Assembly: GCF_009914755.1 (NCBI RefSeq)
Contig: NC_060939.1
Source of the DNA: the human T2T-CHM13v2.0 reference genome, Homo sapiens
Length of the DNA stretch: 64,000 bases
Direction: 5' to 3' (one strand)
Made by a program: the position numbers and the translations under genes. Below the pieces are notes generated by a model. It saw only the letters and a list, made by a program, of their open reading frames with translations. It searched no databases and had not been told where the DNA came from. Positions 1 to 15,070 of this stretch are shown here, piece by piece (position 1 is the stretch's first letter; the number at the start of each line of letters is the position of its first letter).

Positions 1-528
1 TCTATGCTGTTATATCACACCCAGGACTTATCTCATTGTTCTCCAAATAGCTCTTTGTCTCCCCTACTATACTGTGAGCTCCTTGAAAATAGGGATTCTG
101 ACCTGTTCATCTTATATTCACAATCCCTAGTGCACAATGGACATTTGATAATTCATTTATTCAACATATATCTATGAAATATTTGCTGAATAAATAAATG
201 AATGAATGCTTGGGTAAAATTTCCTGTAACGACAGGTAATAAAATACTACAGACAGGTAATAAAATCCTAATATGGCTTCACTTTGGAACCAAGATACAG
301 TTTTAAACAAGAGAGCCTATTGTCCAAGCTTTATATGATGGGTGATTCCAAGAGATGGAAAAGACTACTGAGAACATGCTTTTTCTATTGCCTCTCTTGT
401 AGAATAACAGCAACACGTATGAATCTGAAGTGGAAAAGTTCCCTTTTCTGTAGCAACGGCTCATACCCAGCTCAGTAACTTCCTTACAACTCTTCTTCGT
501 GGCTAAATTTTTTAAATACTAAAAATTA

Positions 529-702
<174 letters not shown>

Positions 703-885
703 TCATGATTTGAAATAATTAGAGCACATTAGAAAATCTTGATTAATAACCACTCTAGACTATGCCAGTCAGACAAAGGTATTCATTAGGCATTCACAAA
801 CTATGTATACAGCGGAGTAGCAAAGAACTACACATAAGAAATCATTGTTGCCTTTATGCAACTGACAGTTAAGAAGGATAAATAA

Positions 886-1190
886 GGCCGGGCATGGTGG
901 GTCACACCTGTATCTCAGCACTCTGGGAGGCTGAGGCAGGTGGACTGCTTGAGGCCAGGAATTCAAGACTAGCCTGGCCAACATGGCAAAATCCCGTCTG
1001 TATTAAAAGTACAGAAATTAGCCAGGCATGGTGGCACATGCCTGTAATCCCAGTTACTCTGGAGGTTGAAGCATGAAAATCACTTGAACCCAGGAGGCGG
1101 AGGTTGCAGTAAGCCAAGATCATGCCACTGCACTAAAGCCTGGGTGACAGAGCAAGACTCTGTCTCAAAACAAACAAAAACAAAAACAAA
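886..1190 (+). mobile_element. Alu
   Basis: Dimeric Alu starting GGCCGGGCATGGTGG, with a CAAA-type tail. Confidence 0.93.
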
Positions 1191-1269
1191 GTATGTTAAA
1201 TTAAAGTCATCATCTCTAAGATCCCTTCAGAACTCTGGTGATTTAACTCCTTCACAGACTGGAACGTTA

Positions 1270-1548
<279 letters not shown>

Positions 1549-2444
1549 TCAGTTGTCCAGGTACACAATGTTCTTCCTCAGGCGTTCTAGAATAAGAAAG
1601 CTGAAAGCTTCTAAGAAAAAACTGAACAAAGCTAAAGGAGTTGAAAGCTCAATCCAGAGCTACCATTCCAACTTTTCCCACTGATGGGACTACTGATTCC
1701 AAATAGCATCTATATAAAATGTTAAAGGACTTTATTATTCTAATAGTTACCACTTAAGAGCTTATTGGGAGCCAGCCACTATGATACTCACTTTTAATGT
1801 GCTAATCACATATTATTGAATCCTTACAATATCCCTATGAGATACATATTACTATTCTCCTTTTACAGGTTAGGAAATTGAAACTGAAAGAAATCAATGC
1901 CTAAGGGCCTGACAGTAAGAGCTGTTCAAAGGGCCAACAAAGCAGTTGGCCAAGTTCTTCCCTACAGTTTGTCAAAGAGCAGTGTATGAATCTGCTCAAT
2001 CAAGATTTAGACTCAATTCTACAAAAACTTAAGGAGCAGTTACTATGTGCCAAGCAGTGTGCTATGTGCTCTCCCATTAATATCTCCTTCAACAGTCTCA
2101 ACAGACAAATGTATTAAACTTATAGTAGGGTGATGACACATCCTGAGTTGTCTGGTTTTAGCACGGAAATTCCCACATCCTATCAAAGCCCTTAGTCCCA
2201 GGCAAACAAGAAAAAAAAAGATCATCTTAGGTTATAGAGAGTTATCACTAAACATAACTTAGTATACCATGCAGAAAATTAGTTAATACTTTAGAATTCT
2301 GTACTCATTCCCCATTATTGATAAATTTCATATAATTCTCTTTTAAAGGCAGAATAACTATTAGAATGCTCAAATATATACTTTACTTTTGCTCCTCCCC
2401 TTAACTCAGTGTTTATCAACTTGAATGCGCTCAAGAATGACTAT

Positions 2445-2581
2445 AGGGTTGAGTATCCTTTATCTGAAATCCAAAATGCTCCAATGAGCATTTTCTTTTT
2501 GTGCCATGTTGGTATTTGAAGAGTTTTGAATTTTGGAGCATTTCAGATTTTGGATTTTCAGATTTGGGATGCTCAACCTGC
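2445..2581. mobile_element. Tigger4/MER46-like MITE
   Basis: Terminal inverted repeats GGTTGAGTATCC...GGATGCTCAACC and an internal palindrome (CTGAAATCCAAAATGCTCCAA / TTGGAGCATTTCAGATTTTGGA). Confidence 0.7.
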
Positions 2582-2689
2582 AATTTATGGGCCATTTAAA
2601 GGATTTTCCCCCAATATAATTTTAATGACTTCGCTTGTGCCCTAGGTGATACTGATGATAAACACCACCACAACAATAACCACAACCAG

Positions 2690-2968
2690 CGCTTAACATC
2701 TGTGGACTGCCTATTCATGGCTGGCATTGTTCTAAGCATAATACAGAAATTATCTGATGTTTACTTACAACAATCCCCTGTAGTAGTTACAACTATTAGC
2801 CCAATTTTATATAGCAGGTAACTAAGGCACAGAAAAGTTAAGTATTTTTCTCAAGGACATCCAGCTAGAATCCAATTCTGAGGTTGACTAAGATCACACA
2901 ATTCAAAATGATAGAGCATAAGTTCAAATCCACTTAACTCCAAAGACCATACCTCTAACCACTACACT
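2690..2968 (+). mobile_element. MIR
   Basis: Degenerate MIR core (attagcccaattttatatagcaggtaactaaggcacaga). Confidence 0.55.
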
Positions 2969-5261
2969 CAGAAGGCAGTAACTTTCACCTCACATGCCAA
3001 GATTCCACTGCTAATGAATTCCTAAAACACTGGGTGAAGCATTCCCAAGTGTACTGAGGCTCAGTGGGAAAGACTGCCATCAGTTAGCAACAGACTGCCT
3101 TCTTCAGTACCACTCCTCCCTGCTGCCTCCTGGTCTTTTCATGCAAACTGCTTTATGAGCAACCATTGCTCTGCTGAAACCACCAGAGAAGGCTCCAACC
3201 AGAGAAGACCATGGAGATATCCAGTGAAAATCCAAGAAGTCAAATAACCAGAGCCCTGGAGCAATGGCCCACTGGACCTCAAATCGAGCCTTTCACTGTC
3301 AGATCTCACACCAGTTCTCCTAGTCAACATTTTCGATAAGTATCGTGATCTCAACCAAGTACACCAGAGAAAAAGGAGCATGTCTAGTAGTGGTCTAGGG
3401 TCCTATCATACAAAATTAAAGCTGTGAGATTCTTAGAATCACTCAGCATTTTCTCAGCCTAAGCCTTTATTCCATAGAAAAACATGCTAATGCCCTCAAA
3501 AGGTAAGAGACTGACCCAAGGTCCCAAAAGAAGCAAGCCAGAAATACACCCAGGGCTATCGAACCATCTTAGTCACTTCTCGGGTCTTAGATTCCTTCAT
3601 ACTTTGCAACTGGGGAAACAACGCTTGCCTGTTCATTTGGCTAAACTCCAGACTTTAGAGTGGGAGAACTTCAAGTGCTTTCCCATCCTCTGTGATATGA
3701 CCAGAACCTGATACTGAAGTTTCAGAGACTGGGTCTCCAGTCAAGTTCTTTACAGAGTCTAAAAATGCACTCGTACAGACATTTCAGGCTTCCTATACAA
3801 CAGTGCTCTTACCTTTTATTGGAGTTAGACCTTTTAGGGAATACTCGGAAAAACGAATACCGATCTACCTATCTATGCTCCCTTAATTACGCATCCATTT
3901 CCAGATTCTTTGAAATTCATTCAGGAAGGGCAGGTTCAGATCTAGAGAGGAACTGAAAGCTAGAGATACACCAAGTGTTTCCACCCGACAATCTACATCC
4001 TAAAAAATAAGTGTCTGATCAAATAATATAGCTGAGAAATAAACAGCCAGCCTTGGAGCTCACATCACACATACATATTAAAGGTTCAGAGAAGCCCTGT
4101 AAAAGAAGTTTGTCCAATTCTGTTTAACCTGGAGTTTCTCAAATATATTTAATGGTGAGAAGGAGGAAATGCCATGGTCAGTTACACAGCTGACAAAGGC
4201 TTGGCTCAGCTCTGAGCCAGGCCTCCCAATTCCTCCTTCAATGCCTTTTTCATCTTAACCCTTTCCAAACAACGTTAACCTAAATTTCAAAGGTTGGGGA
4301 CAGAAGTCCCATATCCATTAGAGAAAAAACGTCCCCAAGCACAGCTCTTCTGCTGTGACTTCAGCCACATTATGTCTCTTTAAAAAATGCCACTTACCAC
4401 TTTTGCGTGTGTGTGATCAAATTAAAAAATACATAAACGCAGTTATAGGGGTTTACCATGGTAGATATTATTGTTATTGCCAGTATTAATTATTTAAAAA
4501 GTAGAGAATGCATAACACTTTTCAAGAGACAAAATTTTTTAAGCATGCTAAATGATCTTTCCGATTTGTAACAAAGTCCTGAAGCTATATGTTGAATTAA
4601 TCCCTGCAATAGCATTCAGGGACAGAAACTTCTGCTGCTTTACTTCCCAGGCATTCCAAACTAAACGGCTTCATTTCAAGGCACAGATCTAATCAGTCAA
4701 GCAACAATCCAATCTTTTTATGTTCCAGGGGGCTGAAAAAAAAGTTGGAAGAACTGAAGTTAATTATGGGAGATATCTTCCAGACAATTTCTGCTGCTAA
4801 TAGGGAGTTATGGGAAAAGAATTGCTCCCTTGCCCATGGTTTTAAAGTGCCATGGATAATTGTCTCACAGAAGGTGCACATTTGTCACTAGGACCTGCCA
4901 AAACATCTCTGTATTCAGTAAAACTTCATGTAAGGAGTTTAGTGTTCAACTTCCAAAACACTGGAAATGCTCACTAAAGCATACATAGAAAGCTGATGAG
5001 AGAAAACTTTCCATAAAATAAAAAAGAAAAACTGAAGTTATGGAAGAAGATCTGAACCTCCTGAAAGTGTCCTTTATGTGTCAGTGTATTGGTAGAGTAT
5101 TTTGCCTGACAACAAAAATAACAGAAATCTAGGCAGAACCTGAGTTATCTGAAGACATGTTCCTACATTCCTTATGTATGAACTTCTAACAATTATATAC
5201 AAAAATTGTACCCCAACTATATATAAAGTAACCACAAGTCTCCCTCCACAGGAAATACTAC

Positions 5262-5555
<294 letters not shown>

Positions 5556-5774
5556 TCCTTTTATATCTTAAATCACTATTATCCTTTTATATTTTAAATC
5601 AATGTATAACATTATAAGTTATAAATCAACTAATACGACTTATTATTTGACAGAACTGTAAAGCACAATTGTAAAGCTGACACAGGTAACAGGGTAACTA
5701 TCTTTATGAGAAGCCTGCCACAAGGAGAGGTGAAGGGTGGTTGACTCTGATAGTATGTGTCAAAACTGAGATGG

Positions 5775-6064
5775 GGTCAGGCACAGTGGCTCATACCTAT
5801 AATCCAAATGCTTTGGAAGGCCAAAACAGGAAGATCACTTGAGCCAAGACCAGCCTGGACAACATGGTGAGACCATCATCTCTACAAAAAAATTTAAAAA
5901 ATTAGCCAGGCACGGTGGCACATGCCTGCAGTATTAGCTACTCGGGAGGCTGAGGCAGGAGGACTGCTTGAGCCTAGGAGTTCTGGGCTGCAGTGAGCTA
6001 TGATCACCACTGCACTCCAGCCTGGGTGATAGAATGAGACTCTTGTCTTAAAAAAAAAAAAAAA
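5775..6064 (+). mobile_element. Alu (J-like)
   Basis: Sense Alu with a poly-A tail. Confidence 0.9.
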
Positions 6065-6479
6065 GTGACAGGGGTTAGGAAAATGAGAGGAAAAATGATC
6101 TAGAAACAACTATGAATAGCAAACTGATTAAGTTTTCTTTTGCTGCACAAACCCGACCCGAAGACCTCTCCAGACCTTCCTCCAACATGAAACTAGACCA
6201 CGTACAGACCACTTCTGATTACATTTGGCCTCACCCGCTTTTGGTTTTTCTCAGTATGATGCCAGTCCACATCTGCCACCCAGTACTGTGGCCACACCCT
6301 GAACTCTGACATCACTGAGAACTTCTCCACCTTTCAAGGCCTGCTGCGTAGATAGTAAATCTAATAATTACACATCCACATTGTCTTGATTCCTTTGATC
6401 ATTGGCAGTTTTGCTTGGAAGGGTGTAAGAACCAGAATAAGAAACCCTGGAGTAAAAAAAAGGTTGATGTTTACTTCTT

Positions 6480-8100
6480 ATAATCTCTCTATGCTTAGCA
6501 TCACCCTGGAGAGAAGGTCATAGATCAAGGACCAATTTCACACTGCTAATGCATGTCATTACTGTAAGGTGCTAGTCTCATTATCGGAGTAATTGAGAGA
6601 GTAATTGTAGGATAACTTTGACTAAGAAGGGGGAAGAGGGAAAATGCAGAGGAATGTGGGGCTGAAAGAAGGATTTATGTATTTTTTTAAGACAAGAAAG
6701 ACAAGAAAGACTTGAGCATGCTTAAAAGCTGATGGATACAAGCCAGTACAGAGGGAGAGGTGGAAGATACTGAAGAAAAGATCATTAAGTCCAGAGCACA
6801 GGTTTTTGCCAGTGACAGGAGGCAAGCAAAAAATGCCCATACCATTACGTTTTGAGATACAGTGGCAAGCAGGTGAGAATTCTTCTCTTTTCTGTGAAAT
6901 AGAAGGTAAGAATGTCTGCTGAGATTGTGGAGGAGGGGATGACAGGTAGGCTGAAAGAGACCAGAAGGTTTAAAATAGGTATTGGGAAGAATGAGCAAGA
7001 CCTAACAGTGAGAGATGGGAAATCTGCCAGCAGTCTGGAGGACCACTTGAGAACCTAGCCCAAATGCAAGGATGAAGACGTGTAGAGAATTAGCTTTATC
7101 AAGGGTTAAAGTTTTGTTGGGAAAAATATGACAGAAGGTCAAGAACCAAAGAGACTGAAGACGCTGGCAAGACTGTCAGTGAAATGACAAATCTGGGCTG
7201 TATGAGGCAGGAAATGAATGAAGAAAGAGGCTGTGGGGAGTCAAAAAAACTAGAGAACATTATGAAGTCAAAGAATGGGTACCTCATTAATCAGGTGAAA
7301 GAAAGAGCTGGGAGAATCAAAGATTGTAGAGAAGGAAGTATTTAAGTTTGAAAGGTCGAAGATGGATAGCTCAAGGTGATGCTAAAATCCAGAGAGTATT
7401 CATGACAACAGGTAGGTGAAACGCAGAATCAATGTTGTTGAGAGGATAAGCTGTTGAAGAAGCCATTCTCAGGGATGGTGAAAAGCCACCTTAGAAGATT
7501 CAGGTAAAAAGAACAATTATGAGTCCGGGTGCCAAATTCACTAATGAACAGGAACCATCACCAGGAGCTGACAATGACTGGAAAGGTGAATAATTGGATG
7601 GTCTGAGTCTTGAAAGAAGAAGTTTGAAAACAAGGGTAGAAGAATTAACTTTTGTAATCAGATCTGGGAACAAAAAGAATGGCAATCCCATATGCTAACC
7701 CAGAGATACGTGGAACATGAATGAATGAGTAGCATTCACTTGGAAAAGGTACAAGGCAGGCAATGTCATCAGAAGACAGCCAGGCAGAAGGGGGAAACGT
7801 CAATAAAAAGACATTGAGGATGTAGCGATGTTTGTTTCTCTTGGAATGTTTTCACAGTAAGTTTTGGTAAGGAAGGGAATAATGGGAAATTGAAAGAGGG
7901 TGTCAGAATCACAGAGAAACATGGGGAAGAGACTATAAGAGAGGCCAGATCATGTGGCTTGCATCGTGGGCAGTGACTGAAGACCACAGGGACGTAGGTA
8001 GTGTTGGCCACAAGACGTGCATAACAATCCCTAGTGGAAAGGAGATAACTCAAGCCTCAGGAGGAATTAGTTGTGGCCTGACTTCCAAGAGACTAATGGT
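6480..8100 (-). mobile_element. Probable old L2 fragment(s)
   Basis: Long GA-rich degenerate stretch typical of antisense L2; not aligned. Confidence 0.4.
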
Positions 8101-9277
8101 CCAAGTGAATACGCTGGAAATGTGGGTTCTAGGACTACTACCACATGCTAGAAATTACTCTGTCCTTGGGAAAGTGTCTTCACCTGTCTGAACTCCATTT
8201 TTGCACATGTGTAAAATCAGAGTAATACCCATCACAGAGTTGCTGTGAAGATTAAACAAAATCAGGCATATGAGACACCTAGCTCAGAAGTGAACTATCG
8301 TGTACCTAGTTTCTTAGGCCTGGCATCAACTGAATACTTCACAAAGTAAAGCATTCATTGTCTGACGAGAACAAAATCTACCCTTCAGTCAAATGAGGGG
8401 TAATGGAACTCTTCCCTCCCAGCCTCATTCTGGAAAGAATAAGGCAAGTTAGGACCATGGGTAAACGTTCACACAGCCAGAGGAAAAGGGAAGCTACTGC
8501 CTCTGAATAAGAGATGACTTTCTGCTACATGCTGGCCTTGTCTGTAATTAGATGGCATGAGTCAGTGTCTCCATGGCCTAGTCTTCGGAGTATAAAACCA
8601 GAGAGCCACAGAGCTGAAATCAACACATGCGTAAATCCTCCTTCTGCCCACAACCACTAACCCTATCCTAACAGAGGTATTTACAAAGTGATCAACTTGC
8701 ATATGGACCTCTTTGCAGAAGACTGCTATATCCTTGGTCTCCCTGTTTGGAGGACAACCTCACTGCATATGGCTGACTCTTGGGTGAATCCCAAGTGTAC
8801 CACTGAACCAGGCTATTAGCTAGACTATATGCCTAAGGTTACTAACTAAAAGCTCATAAGCTAAAGCCCACTGCAGTGTTTTCCATATGGTGTTTTACAA
8901 TTTTTAAATAAGTTGGCAGCATTTTGATACTTGGAAGATTTTACCGAAAATCCTGATGCCAACTTTTCTTGAAAAAAAAAAAAAATCACTCAAACTGCCT
9001 CACTTATGCAGAGGTGTCAACACCATGTCAGGAACTAATAATATTGTACTTAATAATCACATCTGACAGGTGTTAGAATAAGTAAGCTATTTGGGGGGAG
9101 AAATAAAGTTAGATAGTTACCTCACAGTGTGTGCATACACATACAACTTGCATTAAATATAAAAATTGAAAATATAAAATAACTGGTGATGAACTGAGAG
9201 TGATTTTTATTTCATTTTTGTGTTTTACTGTATATTCTATAACACACACTAAATTTTCTATAGTAAATATAAACTTG

Positions 9278-9395
9278 GGCCAGGTGTGGTGGCTCACAAC
9301 TGTAATACCAAAACTTTAGGAAATAGGTAGAAGGCTTGCATCCACGAGGTTGAGACCAGTCTGGGCAACATAGCAACATCCCATCGCTACAAAAC
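9278..9395 (+). mobile_element. Alu monomer (FLAM-like) followed by a TA-rich tract
   Basis: Single left-arm-like Alu unit. Confidence 0.75.
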
Positions 9396-11032
9396 ATTTG
9401 AAATATATATATAAATAAATATATACATTGAAATATACATACATATATACTATATATGCAATATACCTAATATGTATGTATGCATATAAACTTGTAAATT
9501 TATTTAAAATATTTTAAAAGATGAATTAGATAAAAACTTCAAAAGTTCAGCAACAGCAATATTTGCTCAGATATAAAAAATGGCTATACAGTAGAAACGA
9601 CTGCAGTATTCCTTTTGATGAATTTCAAATTATTTAACCCATGTGAATCTATTTCTCTCTTCTGTATCTGGATTCTAGGCTAAAGGATTCAAAGGCATTA
9701 CATCCCCTTAGGATATTTTACAGAACGTATATTGTTAGGAATACTTCCTAACTCTTGAGATGACAAGATAAATGTATGGTATCCTTGTGGGTGGGACACA
9801 AAGAGAGGTAAGAAACAGGCAAATAACAAGATTTAATAATATGATCCCAATATTTGTAGCAAATTTTGGTCACAAACGTAAAGATAATAGAGGTTCCATT
9901 TTCTCAAAGAAAAATTAGGTTCCTGGAAAATGCTGAGATAGTGTATGACCTTGATGGTTTTCAACACCACTTCTATAATGTGCAGGATTTATCTGTTTAC
10001 TTTAAACTAGAATAAGACCCTATATTTCAACCCAAATAAATATTTGAAAATACTTTTGAAAGCTCGGTAAATTAAGAGTCAGAACCACAGAAAGGGCTTA
10101 ACTTGCATTTAGTACACAGATTCTCAAATAAGAGGGCATTCGAAGTGGGTGAGAAGGAGGGGAAGGCATGGTATAAATAAAAGTCACCTGTGGAGTTTCT
10201 TCAATCATCAGGTTTCCCTCTTTTTCTCCCATCTAGGTTCCCCTTCAGACGTCCCACCTTCAGAACAGGAAATACCCCATTCTGGAGAATCAGTACTAAG
10301 ATACAGATAAAAACATATCTCATCTCTCAAGTGCTCTGAGAGGATATGTCCCAGTCAACATTCCTAACTTCTATCCCCATAAGGCTCTGCACTGTCAAGT
10401 GTGATGACTGCTCGGCCCAAATTCCCTTCTAGGCAGTAATCCCATGCTCACAAGAAACATGTTTGACACTTTGTGACTCCACTCCGATCACCACTGATTG
10501 GATTAGGAGGTGACTAACCAACCCAAGCGCAGCCAATCCATAGGTGCAACCTCTGTGATGGGCTGGCATGAAAAGATAAGCAGAGCCGCATCCTGCTCTT
10601 GAGCCTGTGTGCTCAGAAACACAAGAGATTGAAGCAGTAGGCAACAGAAATAAGGTGAAAACAGACAGGATAATAGGGTAAGAAGTCAGGGCAAGGTGAA
10701 TGTACAAAGATGAAGACATGACAGTAGGCAAAAGCTATGAGACAGAGAAAAGACATACAGGATAATAGTGGAAATACAAACAGACACCCAAATCCAAGGA
10801 CAACAGTGGAGTTCCAGAGGAAGGATCCATAAACTTTTACTGATACGGTCTCTAGAGCTATCTTGGATCCAGAATAAAAATCTGGCTCCAATTTTTATGA
10901 GACATCACTCCAATAAGACTCCTGTTTTTCCGTTTTCATGAATATTATTTCCAATATCATTTCACACATATGCTTTCAATAATCTATCCCACCCCAACCC
11001 AAGCTAGCTTAAGTCTCTGGTCTATGCAATCA

Positions 11033-11381
<349 letters not shown>

Positions 11382-12739
11382 TCAAGGTCACAGAGCTCGA
11401 TAAAATAGAGTTCAGACCATTCAGTTCCCAGGGTCCTATAGCAAATTCTCCTACAATACTACACCAGAAAGATAAATGTGAATTGGAACAGGTGAATTTT
11501 ATGGTATATAAATTAAACCTTAATAAAGTGGTTAAAGGACTCAAGGGAGGGGGACTAGAGACAAAGTATAGAGCAGAACAACTAAAACTGACACCAGAGG
11601 AATCTTCAAATAAAAACAGACTAATAATCTGAGTAAGGAAGAAGGCAGCCTTCAAATCTCTTGAAGTCTATAAAACGAGATAAGAAATCAATAGACCCTT
11701 AACCTCATTCTCTGGATCACAGGATGAGAATATAACCTTTAAAATGTGAGAAGTGGTTTAAAAAAAAAATGAAGCGTTAAACATTCAACATCGAGAAATC
11801 ATGTGCCTAAGAGCTTCAAAACTGGTTTGGTACAACAGCCATGCCCCACACAGTACATCTTTTGGTGGCAGTGTCAAAGATATGACACTTGTGAAGGATG
11901 AACCACATGTAAGTCCATTAGGGAAATAAAATTTATCTTTATTATTTTCTTCTAATTACAAAAATATACATTTTGTGTAAAATTTTCACATACTACAAAA
12001 ATAAATATTTTGAAAAGTGCAAGTTTCTCCATAATCTAGCCCCTGCAGAGAGCTACTGTTAAGGGTTTGGTATGTATCCTTCCAGACACCTTTATCTGCA
12101 TATATAATATATTTTTATTACCTAAACACATTCATATCTTACAAAAATACTCTGAAATTTGTTTTCTGCCTCTGAACATACCATTTTCCCCTGTACAATA
12201 ACATATATATTAAACATTTGTTTTAACAGCTGCACAGTATTTCACTGCTTGGATATATCAGTTTATTGAACCATTCTCCTATTGACATTCAGGTTGTTGT
12301 TATTTTTTTCACGAATACAAACTTTTTAGTGAATATCAGTGACATGTATCTCATATACTTACATGACTATTTCTGTCAGATAAATTCCTAGAAGTGTTAC
12401 TATCAATGTAGCATCCTCATTTGAGGACAGCAAGCTGGTACTGATCACGGCAGTCTACCTTTAATCTACTCCAAATCTAACATGCAGGCCAGGCCATGAG
12501 GCAGAATAGTAAGGCTGAACCAGCTAAAGTCCTAGGGCTCCTGACTTTCCTTGTGAAGGAATCCATATAATCACCTGGTGGAGGGGGCAGGTGTGAATTG
12601 CCAGTTCTTCTGCCCTCAAACCAGTCAGAGGTTTCCATCTGCATCCAAGCCTGGACAGCCTGACTCTGACAACAGATCATGTGGAGAGGCCAGAATAAAA
12701 TATGTGGAATATAAGCAAAGAAACTGAGGCATGCAATTA

Positions 12740-12955
<216 letters not shown>

Positions 12956-12984
12956 CTAATTTAGATTTTTGTTTTAAATACTTA

Positions 12985-13457
<473 letters not shown>

Positions 13458-13887
13458 CTCTCTCTTTTTTTTTTTTTTAAGATGATGGGGGTCTGGAGAA
13501 GTGAAGTTGATTGAGGGGAAGGGAACATGAAAAATTGAAAAACATAACCACTAGGAACCAAAATGTATTGAAATACTGCATACCCTCCCCAGAGTGTTGC
13601 TCATCCAAATATCAGCCGTGAATGATGGGGCAGGTCAAGAACAACTTACGGACAGTAGCATTTGAGGGAATTCTTTCTAAACATCAATAACATAGCCATT
13701 CTTTTCCTATTTATAAGCTGTTTGACAAATTCTGAGCAGAGACTGAAACAGAAGTCTCTAGAAGCAAGAGAAGTCTTTATTCCTTTCCCAAATTAATAGA
13801 TTTTGAATACATCTTTTTTAAAAAAAGAATACAGTAGAAAATATTTGTAATATGACCATTTAGTTGATGACTTTCATAACACTGTAA

Positions 13888-15070
13888 TACCCACCAATGA
13901 GTGTCTACATCTCATTTTCTAGGCCTTGCAGTGCATCAGTACTGACAGTGGTGTCGTTTAAATAAAGATCCCATCCCTTTCCAACTCCTTAGCCCTAAGC
14001 ACCAGACTAACCTTCTCCTCCTTTCTCCAGAATGATTTTCCCTTACCCTTCCTCCATTCTCTCCACTGTCAAACTTTTGAAAAATTCTTAACCTGTCTAT
14101 TTTCTCCTTTCTTTCATTCAAAAGCACCAAGAATTATCTGTTGATATGAACTGCCACATTTATTCATCCATATTAATTCTGAAATTTTCAGAAAAGCTTC
14201 CATTTCCACAGCTCTGGCAAAATCAAAGTCCTAAAAGCTATCAATGACCTCTGGCGAAACGCAATAATCATTCTCAATCCTCATTTTTCTTGATTCCAGT
14301 GCAGCATGACAGTTACCCTTTGTATGCATGTGTGTTACGTGCATATGTGAAATTCTTCCAAGAGTCTGAAACCTCTTAATTTACCTCCATCTCTCCTTAG
14401 ATCCCACTGCTGGTTTCCCTTCACCTCTCCAACCTCTCAGTCAGTCCTTCCTTCAGAAAGTCTCAGTCCCTTGTCAGTTTTCTATAATGTATGTTTTTAA
14501 GCACTGAATTGGTATGAAACGTGTAATACATAAATAACAACACAATGAACCCCTGTGTATGCACCATCCCATTTCAAAAGGAAAAAAAAAAATGTTTGTT
14601 ACTTTTGAAGTACCCTGTGCCCCTGGCTTACAGGTAACCACTATCTTGAATTTTATCTTGATCATTTCCTTATTTTCTTTATAATTTTTAAAAATGAGTG
14701 TGTCACTAAGCAATATATCATGTAGAGTGGCAAGTTTTAAGCCTTCTATAAGAATCATACTTAATATATTATACTGTCACTTTTTCTCTGCTCAATATTG
14801 TTTTCCTGAGATTCAGCCACATTGACGTAATTTATTCATTTTTATTACTGTAGGACTCCACCTCACAAATCTACCAGACCCATTCGTCCATTGTAGAGAA
14901 TGAAGGAAGGGTAAGGGAAAATCATTCTGGAGAAAGGAGGAGGAGGTTAGTCTGGTGCTTAGGGCTAAGGAGTTGGAAAAGGATGGGATCTTTATTTAAA
15001 TGAAACCACTGTCAGTACTGATGTACTTCAAGGTCTAGAGAATGAGATGTAGACCTTCAACTGGTGGGTA
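13888..15070. repeat. Inverted repeat, ~178-bp arms (13888-14065 and 14892-15070)
   Basis: Manual reverse-complement alignment gives about 14 differences over ~179 nt; the arms are not Alu. Confidence 0.92.

Noticed and set aside
231-266. 15-bp direct repeat GACAGGTAATAAAAT (similar micro-repeats near 19010, 48260, 50700)
   Set aside because: Only two copies; ordinary slippage. Not an array or CRISPR-like structure.
3060-3420. Coding-like stretch in EFL1 intron 4
   Set aside because: No clean splice sites or sustained frame; possibly an ancient LINE remnant, but I cannot support a family call.
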